Part shown: in pieces, positions 1 through 23,092 of the stretch
Position numbering within the stretch: position 1 is the stretch's first letter
Layout of the letters: each line of letters opens with the position of its first letter
NCBI GenBank assembly: GCA_051294375.1
Contig: CM119267.1
Coordinates: 24,935,783-24,999,782 of the forward strand
Origin: Paraspadella gotoi
Lineage: Eukaryota; Animalia; Chaetognatha
Direction of reading: 5' to 3'
Length of the DNA stretch: 64,000 bases
Notes under the pieces: generated by a model
Databases searched by the model: none
The model's input: the letters and a program-made list of their open reading frames with translations, nothing else
Told to the model about the DNA's origin: nothing
Program-made: the position numbers and the translations under genes

Positions 1-59
1 ATTGAAAAACAAATAAATTAATTGGCTAAAAAAAAATAGAAACCATAAGAGAAAATTCG

Positions 60-550
60 TCCTTTCCTTTGAAAGGCGATGAATCTCGGAAAGAAAGCAA
101 CAGGGGCTGTCTCTCTCGTCCAGGAAAACGAAAGTCTTAAAGGGGTCCTCGCGTTTATTGTCGCAGTATCCCCCGTATTGGTCGGTGTCGATGTCTTTGA
201 AGATAGGGAACGGCATGTAGTAGTCCAGGACTAAGATCCAAAAATGAGGGGGGAAAAAAAAGTCGATTTTCTCTAATTAGGTGAAGAGTGAAAAGAGCGA
301 ACTCACCCGCGCACCGCATGCATTGAATGATGGGAAATTTGAGAGGCTGCACGCCCCACCACTTGCGGAGTTCGGCCGGCTTCACCGCTCCCTTCACGAT
401 TCGGACGACCTCGACTTTGTAGTGGCAGCGATCAAATTTGAAGGGATTAGAGTCGGAGGAAGAAGAAGATGAGATTAAAAGGAAAAAAGAGAGGATGAAG
501 AGGAAAAGAAGTGGATTCTTCGAGAGAAACGGAGAAGTGTCGGAGTTCAT
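60..550 (-). CDS. Small predicted secreted protein of unknown function (at least 2 exons; 3' end uncertain)
   Basis: ATG at 550, hydrophobic signal-like N-terminus (LLFLFILSFFLLIS), GT donor near 306 (CGG|GTGAGT) and probable acceptor near 230 followed by an open frame (VLDYYMPFPIFKD...). No family recognised. Confidence 0.4.
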
Positions 551-1036
551 GACTCGCGTTGTCTAGACTGAACCTGAAACGAGCGAATGGATAGCAAAGT
601 AGAGCAACGATAGTTACTTGCCAACGTTAAATCACAATTCACTAGCGTTCAAAGTTAACAAAATTTATTATTCTCTTTCAAACTTGTAAACCTTAAATCT
701 AAAAATGAATGCTGCGAATGCACTGTCTACATCTTAGATAAAATGATTGAATCCATTTTCTACTCGAAATACATTTGCTAATCAAAAAGTAAGCAACGTA
801 AATACAATATAGCTAAACAAAAAAAACAAAAACAAAAATATCACGAAGGACTTTCATTAAATTAAGAACGAATGCCAAAGATATCAAATATTTCTTTTTA
901 AAGTTAAATGTCTCAACGAGAATTAAAATTGTTCAACATCCAGGGGGGAAAAGAAAAGAGAAGAGATTGGAGGCGCCTTTTCGAACGGAGAAACGCGGAT
1001 TTCTTAGAAATTGTATTGAAATCATTAAAAACTCAA

Positions 1037-4000
1037 TTATTTCAAGTCGAGAATCAATGTTGACGGATTTTCCAAATAACTTTTCCATAAATTGGAGAAT
1101 CTCGCCACCGTCGCTCCGTCCAACACCCTGAATAGGTCGGAGGGGGGGCGGAAGGTCGGAGTGAATTAACGAAGTGAAAAAGTCACTGAAAATCCTGTAA
1201 GATGTGAAGAGATACTCGCCTGTGATCCGCCGACCAACTAATTTGCATCACGTGAGCCGCTTTCACGTTTCCCTCTGCGTCGAATCGAGGCAGAGTCTAA
1301 AGCCGAAAAAAAAAATCTTAAAAGCATAAGGATCGTCGCAATCGCATAAGAAAAATCTGGATTGATGACAAATTTTGATACTAAAAAAATCAAATTTGAA
1401 AAAAGAAAATTAATTTATAAACAGAAAGAAAAAAAAAGAATAATATATATAAAACAGTAAAATAACTTATTTTCGAGATAATTTTTAGCAAGTGCTAAGT
1501 TTGGAGAGACATTATTGAAGGTACTTTTGTTTTAGCATTAGCAAGCAGTTTGATCGAATGCGACCTCAACATTCCCAGACAAAAGACAAAGTGAAACTTG
1601 AATCAGACTGACGAAGTGAAGTAAAGACTAAAGTGAAGTAAAATGAAGTAAAGTAAAATAATAAAGTAAATATATATTAAAAAAAAAATATTATTCTAAT
1701 TGATATTTAGAAAAAAAATCCACAAAAATCTCGGATATAAATTTGGGAATAAATGGCGATAATAAAAGTTTTTAGAGAGAAAAAATTAATCAGAGAGAGA
1801 GAAAGAAGCCAAATCATTTTCAGCAGCAGAGGCACCCAGAAAAAAAGAAAGAAATCAAAAGGCAGCAGCAGAAGCAGCAGGAGAAAAAAGAGAAAAAGAA
1901 AGAGCCCCTGCAGAGCCAGCTGCAGACTCAAAAGGCAGCAGCAGCAGGAGAAAAGAGAGAAAAAGAATAAGCCCCTGCAGAACCAGCTGCAGACTCGTTT
2001 TTTTTCCCTTTCTTTATGAATCAGTGAATAGGGAAAAGAGAGAGGGAGAGAGACATGTAATTAAAAGAGAAAAGAGAGAGAGAAAGAAATATGAAAATAA
2101 AAGAGAGAAAATTTGTTTGTTTTGATAAAACGTAAACAAAACATATTTAATAACTGTCCAGACTCAATTTTAAGCACATCGATGATGAGAAGCTGTATAT
2201 AATTTTCAGCTTCATACACCCAAATTTAATCATAAAAAAGGCGATCTATAATTTGGAACGCCGACAACAATGACGACGACGACAACGCCACTTATGCGCA
2301 AAAGTGTTACAATATCGTCGAAAACGCTAAGCGATTGCGACGATAAAAACACTTTAATAATATTTATTAAATATGAGGAAGATTAACTAATAATTATCCA
2401 AGGGTATAACCTGAATCTTCCCGATGGCGCCGATGAAAACCTCGGGTGGGAGGATGATGGGTTTGGCGTAAGTGCCACCAATGGAACCGATGTTGGACAA
2501 GGACATCGTGCCGCCGCTTAAATCCGCGCTGCCGAGTTTCCCCGCGCTGCCCAAAGCCTCGAAAAAACGGGGAATTTGTTTCAAATCGTAACGTTGAAGA
2601 GAGAAACTATAACGTCATTAAGAGAGAGAAACTATAAAGTCATTGGCTACTGTCAATTGGCCAGTGTTGTCAAATCTAACCTTGCACTCATGCGGACTGA
2701 TAAAAAAGTACTGATTTTAAAAACTTTATTATCTTCGCGATTTAAAAAAAGGGAGAGAGAAACTATATTTGACACAGCAATATACAATATGCATTATGTA
2801 AGTAGGCACAAGAGCATCACTTTTGTCCAAATATCAGTTTCGCACCAACAATCTTGCGTTCTCTCCGACCCCCTCGAGTCCCAACCTGCAGCCTGTTGAG
2901 CTCGGCGGCGATCTCGAAAACGCTCAAGGACTGAACGTTCTTAACGTTGGGCACGAGGAGACCGTCGGGCGTGTCCATCGCAATGCCGATGTTGTGGGCG
3001 GCTGAAGGAAAAAGATGGAATGAATTCAATTCTCCCCATTGATCGAAACCTTAATTTCTTTAGCATCACGATCCAATTTCAATTCACCTTTGAATGTGAG
3101 ATTCTCGCATTTAGCGTCGACGTGACAATTGAGCGCCGGAAACTGCGTAAGCGCCAGCGACGCCGCCTTGACGAAGACGGGCATGTAGGAAAAGCTAACC
3201 CCGCGCGACGAGGCGAGAGACTGAGTAAGGGATTGTTGATGATAAAATATCATTAATTGGTTTTGTTATTTATCATTATGTTTTGCTTCAGCTCGAGAGC
3301 TCCCTCTCAGAGAATATATTTTTTTGCCTTTTTTTTACTTTTAGGTTGTCATAACTCATTGAGAAATAGAGATACAGGACCGACACATCAGTAAGCTCTC
3401 ATATCCACCAACCCCACCTTTAATTCCCCTCTAATGGCGACGAGGTGGGAGATGTCGATTTCATCGCTATAACCGAAATGCGGAATGGACAGCGCCGCCG
3501 CCATCGACTTCGCCATCGCCTTCTTTATTCCCTTTAACGGTTCCGTCCGGTCTTCGCCGACGGGAACTACCGCGCGAGCCGTAGTCGGTCGAGACGGCGC
3601 CAGCGCCGGCGTCCGCGCGGGGGCTGGGGCGGGAGCTCTCGAAACCGGTGGCGTTGGCGGCGGCGGGAGAATCTCGGAGAGAGAACTGACGCCGGCGTCT
3701 CTCTCCTCAACAAACCGCACGACGTCCTCCTTTAAAACGCGACCGTCTCTTCCGGTGCCAACGACGTCGCGAAGACGCACGCGATTCTCCATCGCAATGC
3801 GCCGAGTCGCCGGCGTGCACAGCACCTTCGAGCTCCGGGCGCCTTCGCGAATTTGCTCGATGGTGAAGAGATTGGAACTGGCGGACGGAGCGGCTTCTTG
3901 GGCCACTTCCGGGGGCGTATCCACGGCCTGGATCGAGAGAAAGATGTTAAAAAAATCTTAAAAGCATAAGGATCGTCGCAAAATGATAACATTCACGAAT

Positions 4001-4900
4001 GCGATGCCTAAAATTATAATTTTACGAGTTCAATCCTAATTCAATTTTTTTTTAAATAGAAACGCAGAGAGAGGGAGATGCCAAATTGTTTTCGGACGAA
4101 TCAGCAGAAGCAGCAAGAGAAAACTTTTTCATTGTCAAATAAACTGATCAGCAGACGCAGCCCCTGAGAAAAAAAAGAGAGAGAGAGAAAAAAAGAGATA
4201 GAGAAAAAAAAGAGAGAGAGAGAGAAAAAAATAATAAAGCACCGAGGAAAATTAAAGTTACATTTCTGAAAAAAAAGAAAAAGAAAAAAAAAAGAAGAAA
4301 TTTTTTTTTTTCAGTGGATAAGGCTGAAGAGTGCTATCCGCAACTTCTTTAACCCCCTCTTGCAGCCATGGAACGGGTCCTGGGCTTGGCAAAGGAGGAT
4401 TTAGCCTGCCGTCCAATTCTCCTCTTCCTCTTCTTTCCTCCTCCTGCCCCTCAGTATATTTTGTCTAGCGATACATTCTCTCGTTTCTACTCTTCGCGAA
4501 ATACACCATTATTTTCCCTCTATTTCTTCGCGCCTCCAATACCCCTCAAGTGACGCCCTCTTCGCGGCTCGACACCCTACTCCCCACGGATTAAGTTTCC
4601 TGTGCAAACCCTCAGCAAAAAAAAACGTGGAAATTCTATAAAAAAAAACTATCTTTCTTCACTAACAACCAAAAACAAACTCCCGTCTAAAAAAAAAAAA
4701 AACCCATTTTACAAAATAACTATTAAAATCACTACAAAGAAATAGCATAATTTTAGAAAGAAAATCCTACTTTATGTTAATTACATGATAACTTTCTCCT
4801 TTCTCTTCGCTCTTCGTCAACCGAAACTTGGAATTTTCAAAATCTAAACATCAAACTTTGAACCTGGCAACTAAAAACAAGATCGATTCAACTCTCTTTT

Positions 4901-4944
<44 letters not shown>

Positions 4945-7900
4945 ACTGAAAATGGTGAAAGTTGAGATTGGACTTTAACTTCTTAAACTTAAAGAAACGG
5001 AAATAGCAAGTCCCTTAATGTGGAATATAGAATAGACACTCCCTGAAAATGGCAGCAATCAACTTTAAAGATCCAATCAGTTCTGATGACCTCAAAGGAG
5101 AATATATTGGCATCTTGGAAAACCTGATGAATTTTTCTAAAAGATTGCATACTAATAATGCAAACCCACGAATTCTGGACAAGAATATAATGGATCTACT
5201 TACTTTGGTCCAGAATTCACATATGTCCCCTCTGACTTTAAAAACCCAAACTGTCTCCACCTCAACTCAAACCTATTTTACCCAAGCCAATGCTTCAACC
5301 CAGACCACAAAAACCAAGGCCAGTTGCAATCAATCTACTCAGACAAAATTTCCTCACTCAACCTCCTCTTCCCAAACTACCCAAATCGCCATCATTTCTG
5401 ATTCAGTTTCAACTCAAACCAATGTTGCCAAGACTGATTCTCAAGTGCAGACCAACTTACCAACTGTCAAAGACAAAGCTAAAAATGTAAAAACTCAAGC
5501 AGGAGATACTTCAGCTGGAAAAATCTAAGGAGAAACTTCATTTGAAAGAATCAACTGTGTCTTAAACGAGAATCAACACAAAAATCAAGCCTGCTCTTAT
5601 CAGTCTTCGGTCAAGAAATGGGAAACAAAATCAAGAAATGAAAGAACTGGACCCTGGAAAGAATACATGATCCCTCAAACCTGCGCTGAAAAAATCTATA
5701 TCCCCCCTCATAGACGTGTTCTTCAAGACCAAAGAAGGCAACCAGCTTTTGGAAAACGCAAAAATACTTACCCTAAACTGATGGAAATAGACTTACGACC
5801 ATGGTTGCGCCAGAAGTTTGCTGCATTTTTGGCTCAGACTTTACCATTGCCCTTTTTTTAAGAATCAATATCAGTCATGGTGCAGTGGCTTAACTTGTCA
5901 ATGACTGTGACATAAATTAAAAATAAACTTTAAATCATTTAAATAGCAGCTTTGATAAAAATAAAAAAGTTTTAGTTTGTGACTTCTCTCACTTTTTTAG
6001 TTCTGTGTCTTTGTTTTTTAGTCCAGAGGGAAGCATGACGATGTAATGCCACGCCATTGGGGGCCTGGACATTACATCTTGGTCAAGAAGGGGGACGCAG
6101 AGGAGGATTTAGCCTGCCGTCCAATTCTCCTCTTCCTCTTCTTCTTCTATCCTCCTCCTGCCCCTCAGTATATTTTGTCTAGCGATACATTCTCTCGTTT
6201 CTACTCTTCGCGAAATACACCATTATTTTCCCTCTATTTCTTCACGCCTTCAATACCCCTCAAGCTTGGAACCAAGGCGGCTTACGGCCGTCCTCACACT
6301 TCCTGGAGAAAGCGATGCCCTTTTTGTTCGCGTATAATTGTTTAGTTTCGTTTAGATCGATAGAACTCATTTGTTTCCGTTGAATATCTGAATTACTCTT
6401 CCCCGCGATCAGCTGTTATGAGAGCTAACGAACGAGCGTGTTTCAGTTTTATCTTTCACAAGTCTTTTACTCTCAATTCAAAACACGTGTAAAAATGAAA
6501 AGGAAAATACTTTAGATAATGTTTTGTGCTAAGCTGCCAATGTTTTATTCTCTATTCTGGAACCCAAATTGAAGGTTAGTTTACATTGGATTATATTGAT
6601 TGTACTTAGGTTATATATGTTACTTATAAGTTTAAGGTTTAAAGTTTATACTATTTAGCATTGTCTATTTTTTGTAGTTTTAACCCACACTCACACTTGC
6701 CCATCTACTTGAACCTCCTTCTTGCCTACCTGTCCTTCTACATTGCTTACATGAATATTTGTACTGAGATTGGAAATTGTATTATCTCAAAATGTGGTTA
6801 CTATTTCTGCTTTATTACATGGTTCTAAGAATATAAGGTTATAGTTAAGGTGTTTTACATGTTAGAACTGTTTGTTTTTCCAAAGATACTTGTTTGAGAG
6901 TAGTTGAACACGGATTTGAATTCAATAATTAATTAGGGCAAAATTAGGGCACTCTAGAAGAATAGAGATGAAACTTAGACTTGTTTTATTTGCGATAATC
7001 TCGGATTATCTAGGTCGCGCGTTAAGAAGCGCTTCACTTCCCGCAGAGTAGGTACCGGGTTGGGATTGAATACGGTACCTAGTGGTCATGAGCTGATGGC
7101 TTTACTAAATGAGCCACCGGGTCACGACTGAAGGTGTCATGCTTATAGGCAGGGTGAACCTTGGCAATGCCCGACTACACATATTCCTCGTTCACCTCCG
7201 ATGAGCCCGTGAGGTCGACGGCCTCGTCGACGAGCTCGATGTCGACGAGAGGTTTGCCCACCATCGCCGTGGCGTCGACGTCGTGGTGGATCTTGGCAAT
7301 GCGACCGTCGTAGCGACTCGTGATCGTCACCGACGCCTTGTCGCTCTGAACTTCGCAGATGGAATCGAACTGGTGAACTTCGTCGCCTACGTTCACGTAC
7401 CTAAGAAAAGAGGCGGATCATTGGCAGAATTAAGAAAGATGTTTTTTTTTGTTTTGTGTTTTCTTTTCTGAAAAGAAAACAGATCAAACAAATGATTGCA
7501 GGAATGGTTGCAAAAAATTCATATTTAAACAATAATAGTGAACCAAAAAGAAGAAATTTATAAAAAATCCAAGATTTAGTCTTCAGATAGTTTGTCTGTC
7601 ATAAACTATGTAAGAGATGATTATTTAATAAGATCTTAAATGAGATTGAATCTCTCAATCTCATTTACATATTGCAGTATTAAATCTAAATGTGTCTAAT
7701 TTCATTTTGGATTTTGATATAACATACCCTCGTATAACTACACATTCCTGGAGGATCCGCCTAAAACCGTGAAGACTTACCATTCCTTGACGACGACCTC
7801 TCGAATGCCTTCGCCGATGTCCGACAGATTGAACTGCACGACGGCGGATCGAGCGGAAGAAACCGAAATTCCTCGCGTCCAGCGTTGCCGGCACGAAGCT

Positions 7901-8076
7901 TGATACGCCGCAGAGCCGCGCCAAGAGTCGGCGTCGACGCCGGGTCGATGGAAGGCGGAATGAGAGAAGAAGCGTTCGTGAGCGAAGGAGGAGGATGATA
8001 AAGGGTTGAGTTTTAGCAGAGATCGATAAAGGGGGACGGAGGATCGACGACAACAGCGCCAAAGCGGATTCGCCAT
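1037..8076 (-). CDS. DBT: Dihydrolipoamide branched-chain transacylase E2 (BCKDH E2), mitochondrial; 8 exons
   Basis: Exons 8076-7781, 7400-7196, 3927-3418, 3220-3088, 3001-2886, 2557-2411, 1296-1220, 1127-1037 splice in frame. Arg-rich transit peptide, lipoyl domain ([10 protein letters not shown]...[13 protein letters not shown]), E3-binding domain (TPATRRIA...[13 protein letters not shown]), catalytic SWSADHRVLDGA. Confidence 0.96.
1311..2349 (-). mobile_element. Non-autonomous Helentron/DINE-1-like (HINE-like) element, copy 1
   Basis: Subterminal inverted repeat ATCGTCGCAATCGC (1332-1345) versus GCGATTGCGACGAT (2331-2344); terminal hairpin 2314-2344; (GAC/AAC)n and (GA)n microsatellites; internal ~70-bp tandem unit; inserted in an A/T run without a TSD. 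Confidence 0.7.
3951..4310 (-). mobile_element. Truncated HINE-like copy 2
   Basis: Same AAAATCTTAAAAGCATAAGGATCGTCGCAA end and internal blocks as the other copies; lies about 25 nt from a DBT splice acceptor. Confidence 0.6.
4388..6262 (+). mobile_element. Small non-autonomous LTR retroelement (TRIM/LARD-like) in DBT intron 2
   Basis: ~160-bp direct repeats 4388-4548 and 6096-6262 ending in CA; PBS-like TGACGCCC at 4551; polypurine tract AAGAAGGGGGA at 6085-6095; flanks GGCTT/AGCTT resemble a 5-bp TSD. No RT or integrase visible. Confidence 0.65.
5049..5861 (+). pseudogene. Internal ORF of the LTR element: TQT-repeat protein with one in-frame stop
   Basis: ORFs 5049-5528 and 5667-5861 share a frame and are separated by a single TAA (5526-5528); the intervening codons are open. 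About 7 (S/K)TQT-like motifs and a YIPPHRR motif. Confidence 0.5.
7030..7121 (-). mobile_element. tRNA-derived SINE head (degenerate)
   Basis: Minus strand GGTGGCTCATTTAGTAAAGC (A-box-like) ... GTATTCAATCCC (B-box-like) with tRNA-like spacing; no convincing cloverleaf. Confidence 0.4.
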
Positions 8077-8980
8077 TTTTTAGTTTCTTTTTTTCGCTTT
8101 TTATGATCGAGAATGAAATTTCCCCGGGAAGCGTCGAAGAAAGTCCATAACAAAAAAATTAAATAAATTTCTATAAAATATAATCGTATTAACCACAAAA
8201 AAAGGGCGATTATTATCTTTAACAATCTTTTATGAAAAGCAAATCAACACCCGCGGTGATATAATATCGTTAATAAACCTCTTTTTTTTTCGGATAATAA
8301 TTAAATAATTATTGCCGTTGATACTTGGTAAGCTGGACGGTGAGAAAGATCACTCGCCAGATACTTAAACTATAAATCACAGTCAAAGAGTGCGCGCCTT
8401 ACATGGTTCAGCCATGTAGTCTTACGAACGACGTATAACCATAACGGTCAATCCAAAAAAATTGGACTCGTCTTGAAATTAAACCTAGAGACCTAAAATA
8501 ACAGAGCAGATTTCAACTACTGTATGTAAATTAGATCGACCTCCACCATGACTAGAGATATTTGTTTTTCCTGTAGATTTGGATCTTGCTCACTCAGAAC
8601 AAAGTCTATTAATGATTAATTAATTCTTTATAAATATTTCATCACTCGGAACCAAGTGCTTTTAATTTTTAGTTCATTGTGAATCATTTTAATCAGGGTT
8701 AGTGTTATACTTCTTTCCAGAGCTTTCTAACAACTAAACTTGCTGCCCACTGAGAAAAAAAGCACTAATATATTGTCTCGACGGAAAGACAAAAAAGTTT
8801 CGCATTTGGGATCGAACTGCGACGGATGAGAAATGGATGGATCTGTTGAATCACGAACCACGCGGAAATCAAGAGAACCCATAAATCGAAACCGTAACGA
8901 ATCAAGCACCATTAAAAAATCAAAAAACTGGCGATGGTTCGAGCCAAGAGACGGATTCCACCCCCTACCCCCCAAACGCT

Positions 8981-19594
<10,614 letters not shown>

Positions 19595-20570
19595 GTTTTC
19601 GTTGTTGTTACGGTTGTTGTTGTTGTTGTTTGATTCGGAGACGATTAACATTGCAGAGTTCTGATTCTTAGCAGCGTCCACTCGATTCTCATTGTTCCCG
19701 ACTTCAAATCAAATAAATAATTACGAGTACAAAACAGATATAATCAGAGTCTGAAACAGAAAAAAGTATAAAAAAATAAAAAAATATCGGCAAGCGGTTG
19801 GAATTTTGATATAACGTGATTTGTTGAAAAGTAGATGATAAATAAATTGAAAACAAAATTAAAAAGTGAATTGAATTGACTCGAATTCATTCAGGGACGT
19901 AAAATCTGAATTATTGATCATAGTGAAAAAAAATATTTTAAGGCTGATAGACTCAGTGAGACTAAATATGGTGACTACTGACTAGTGACAAAAATAAAAA
20001 AGACAAAACGAGGTAAGAAAAGACAATTTCAAGTATTTCTCCTTTTTTAAACCATAAGCTACCATAAGATACGTTAATAAAAATGGAAACAAATCGACGG
20101 AAGAGAGGCCAAATAGTTGAGCAATATACGTATCACAAAAAGAGAAAAATAATCCGCCCTGAGAGCCGGCTACGATATTCAATAAGGAGGAACAAGGTGA
20201 AAACTACGAGTTCTGTAATATAAATAACGTTAGAGCAACTCTGAGAGATAACAAAATTCAAAAAAAATTTAAAATTTTATTTATTGTTATACTGTGCTGA
20301 ACTAGTAAAAAAAGTGATAATAAACATTGATATGTATATGATGAACAAATCAAATTTGTATTAAAAAACTCCTAATGACAAAAAGTGATAAATTTTGGTC
20401 CGCCTTAGTATTCAACAACCACTATCTGTGAATTATAAATAGCACCTTTTTCAATAAAAATACTAATCACCGAATAAAAATATCACAATCCTTAAATGAG
20501 ACAAGTTAATTTGGCTCCATCTTCATTGTAAATAAATTGCAGATACTTGATCGTATGGTAAAACTCATTA

Positions 20571-21211
20571 AAGAAGGCTTCATATTAGAAAATGCTCTTT
20601 CGCTTTTTCGAACCGAGAATCGGTTCTGACCAAATCACTGAACCAAATTTGATACGATTTTGCGTACAGTATCTCAATGGCTAGTGTACAAATGGAACTA
20701 TCGAGGCGATTTTCAATATTTTACCCCTGAGCTATGATACAGGGCCATGGGGGTTCACCCCAGGGGAGCAAAAAATGACCTTTTTTAAAAAAAAAAGATA
20801 AATTTTTTTGTGGGTTATTTTGCATTTGTCTTAACTTTGTAGAGAACCGATTTTTTAAAAAAATTTCAAAAATTTAAAATGATTTTTCTTCTTTGAACAT
20901 TGTTAGTGCATCAATCAGGAGGTTCATGCCAGCTTTCGTTAGGAGAGCAAAAATTAGTTCTAATGATGGACTGATGAACTATGTTCATGATCCTGGAAAT
21001 AGGGCAAAAATTTGTTTTTCACAATAATAGATAAAATGTTCGGGATAAAAAAATTAACAAATTTTGAAAAAAAAGCTTGTCCATTTTTTGCCCCTCGATA
21101 GTCCCGTTTCTATTTGCCATATGTGTTGATCCATGTCGGTCTAGTAGTTTGATCGGAACCGATTCTCGGTTCCAAAAAACGAAAGAGCATTTTATAATAT
21201 GAAGCCTTCTG
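20571..21211. mobile_element. MITE with ~55-bp TIRs and an internal second inverted repeat
   Basis: AGAAGGCTTCATATT...GAACCGAGAATCGGTTC (20572-20627) is the reverse complement of 21156-21210; inner IR ACTATCGAGG (~20698) / CCTCGATAGT (~21093); TA flanks. Confidence 0.7.
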
Positions 21212-21674
21212 TATTTTGTCGCAATTTTTCCAATAGGAATGGGTTAAGAGTCTTGGATTGATTAATCAAGCATGAGAATCGAATTAACTACGATTATTTA
21301 TTCGAAAGCAGAATGATTTACAAAAATCAAAAAATTAGCCAATGTCAAGGTAAAATCGGAATAGAACGTAAAAATGAGGGAAGAAAATTTTATCATTAAA
21401 ATCTCTATCAGCTGATCACCTCAATCTCTAACTCTTCTTATCTCTCTAATCTAAGACTTCCTCGGTCCACTCCAACTTCCCTTCTCCCATTCATCTCCTT
21501 GCCCGATTCTTCACTACAACTTTGCTCTATTCCCAGAAATTCTTCCTCCACAATGACTTCATCACTTTACTTGCCAGAATCTCTTGGCTCTACTTCCACT
21601 CGGTCTCTTCAAAACTTCGCTCCACTCCTAGAACTTCAACATGGATGTCCTTCCTCTATATTCCTTTCTCCCAT

Positions 21675-22808
21675 TCATTTCTTCGCCAATATTTCTGCGA
21701 CGACTTCCTCGCTCCACTCCCAGAACCTCCTAGCCAACTCGTCGTCGTTTCTCTCAGGCATCCTCGACGAGACGGCGACTCCGTCTGCGTAGAAGAGACC
21801 CGACTCCATAGCATAATCTTCCCCCACGGCGCAACAGACGGTCGTCTGAGCGCCCTCGTCGGGAGTTTTGAAAAAGGCCGTCTGAGGCTTGAAAAAGTCG
21901 GGGATGTTCGGAGACCCAAGACCGTCAAGCAATCGATTCTCGCCGACACCAGCATCGGCGACTCCGCGCGAAGAGTGTAGCTCCGTGGCGATAACCCCGG
22001 GATGCACAGCGTAAGTGGTGACCCCTGTCCCGCGAAGACGTCTACCCAATTCTTTGGTGAACAGTATGTTCGCCAGTTTAGAATTGGAGTAACGAATCAT
22101 GCGCGGTGTTTGAAAAAACATGGTGTTGGAATTTAAAAAGAAATTAGGCAAACTGTTCAAGAGATTATCGTCATAATAGCCGGACGGAGGATTCTCGATA
22201 GAACCCGCGAGACCACCGGTCTTCAGATCGTTAAAATCGTGAAAAGCAGCGCGGTTGGCCCAGGCGTACATTTCGGAGCTGAGTGTGACAACCCTGGACC
22301 CAGGACCAGAGTATTTTAGTCTCTCGAGTAATAGATTGGTCAAGTAAAAATGTCCGAAGTGGTTGACGCCCATAGTGGCCTCGATGCCGTCCTCGTTGAT
22401 CGAGACCTCGTCTAGTGGCGCCATCCCCGCGTTGTTGACGAGGACATCCAGCCTGGATTCCCTCGCCAAAAAGTCTTCAACAAAGATCTCGACGCCGCGC
22501 AGCGACGACAAATCCAGCAACATGAAAAAGACATCGGAATTTCCGGTCTCGCCCCTGATTTCCTTGACGACGGGCTGGGCGCGTGCTTCGCTGCGACAAG
22601 CGATGATGACTCGAGCCCCGCGCTTGGCCAGGTCCAATGCCGTGGCTCGACCCACGCCCGCATTCCCGCCAGTCACCACGACTGTCTTGCCGCGGAGCGT
22701 CGCGGCGCTGTCGCATCGAAAACCCGCGAAGTAAAAGATGTGAAGCAAACGGAAAAAACTCAGGAATAAAAGAGGAAAAAAAAAGCCAAAGATCAACAAC
22801 CGACCCAT
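21675..22808 (-). CDS. Retinol dehydrogenase 11/12/13/14-like short-chain dehydrogenase, intronless
   Basis: 377-aa ORF: N-terminal membrane anchor, TGGNAGVG, LDLSS, NNAG, NHFGHFYLT, catalytic YSNSK, VHPG, TPDEGAQT. Confidence 0.9.
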   Translation of the reverse strand: MGRLLIFGFFFPLLFLSFFRLLHIFYFAGFRCDSAATLRGKTVVVTGGNAGVGRATALDLAKRGARVIIACRSEARAQPVVKEIRGETGNSDVFFMLLDLSSLRGVEIFVEDFLARESRLDVLVNNAGMAPLDEVSINEDGIEATMGVNHFGHFYLTNLLLERLKYSGPGSRVVTLSSEMYAWANRAAFHDFNDLKTGGLAGSIENPPSGYYDDNLLNSLPNFFLNSNTMFFQTPRMIRYSNSKLANILFTKELGRRLRGTGVTTYAVHPGVIATELHSSRGVADAGVGENRLLDGLGSPNIPDFFKPQTAFFKTPDEGAQTTVCCAVGEDYAMESGLFYADGVAVSSRMPERNDDELARRFWEWSEEVVAEILAKK

Positions 22809-23092
22809 TTTAAATTTAAGAAATTGAATCGGTTTTTTTTTTTTGGATGGATAAATAAAGTTAATTCCTTGAGTTCACTGGTGAGAACTATATCAATAAG
22901 TTACCGTTAAAAACTGAGAAACAAGAAAAAACCAAATTCAACAATGAGTAATAAACACTAATAAACACAAACAAACAAACAAACAAAAATTTAAAACTAA
23001 TGCCAAATGGTGAAGCACTTTTAGAAATTCGATTCTACACGATAACTAAGAGTTGAACTAACAGCTCGACAACCTAAACAGAAGTTGATAAT

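Noticed and set aside
1850-2000. ~70-bp GCAGCAGAAGCAGCAGGAGAAAAG...CTGCAGACTC repeats as a CRISPR array or as small Lys/Gln-rich genes
   Set aside because: Units are contiguous with no unique spacers and recur inside every HINE-like copy; the ORFs are by-products of the repeat.
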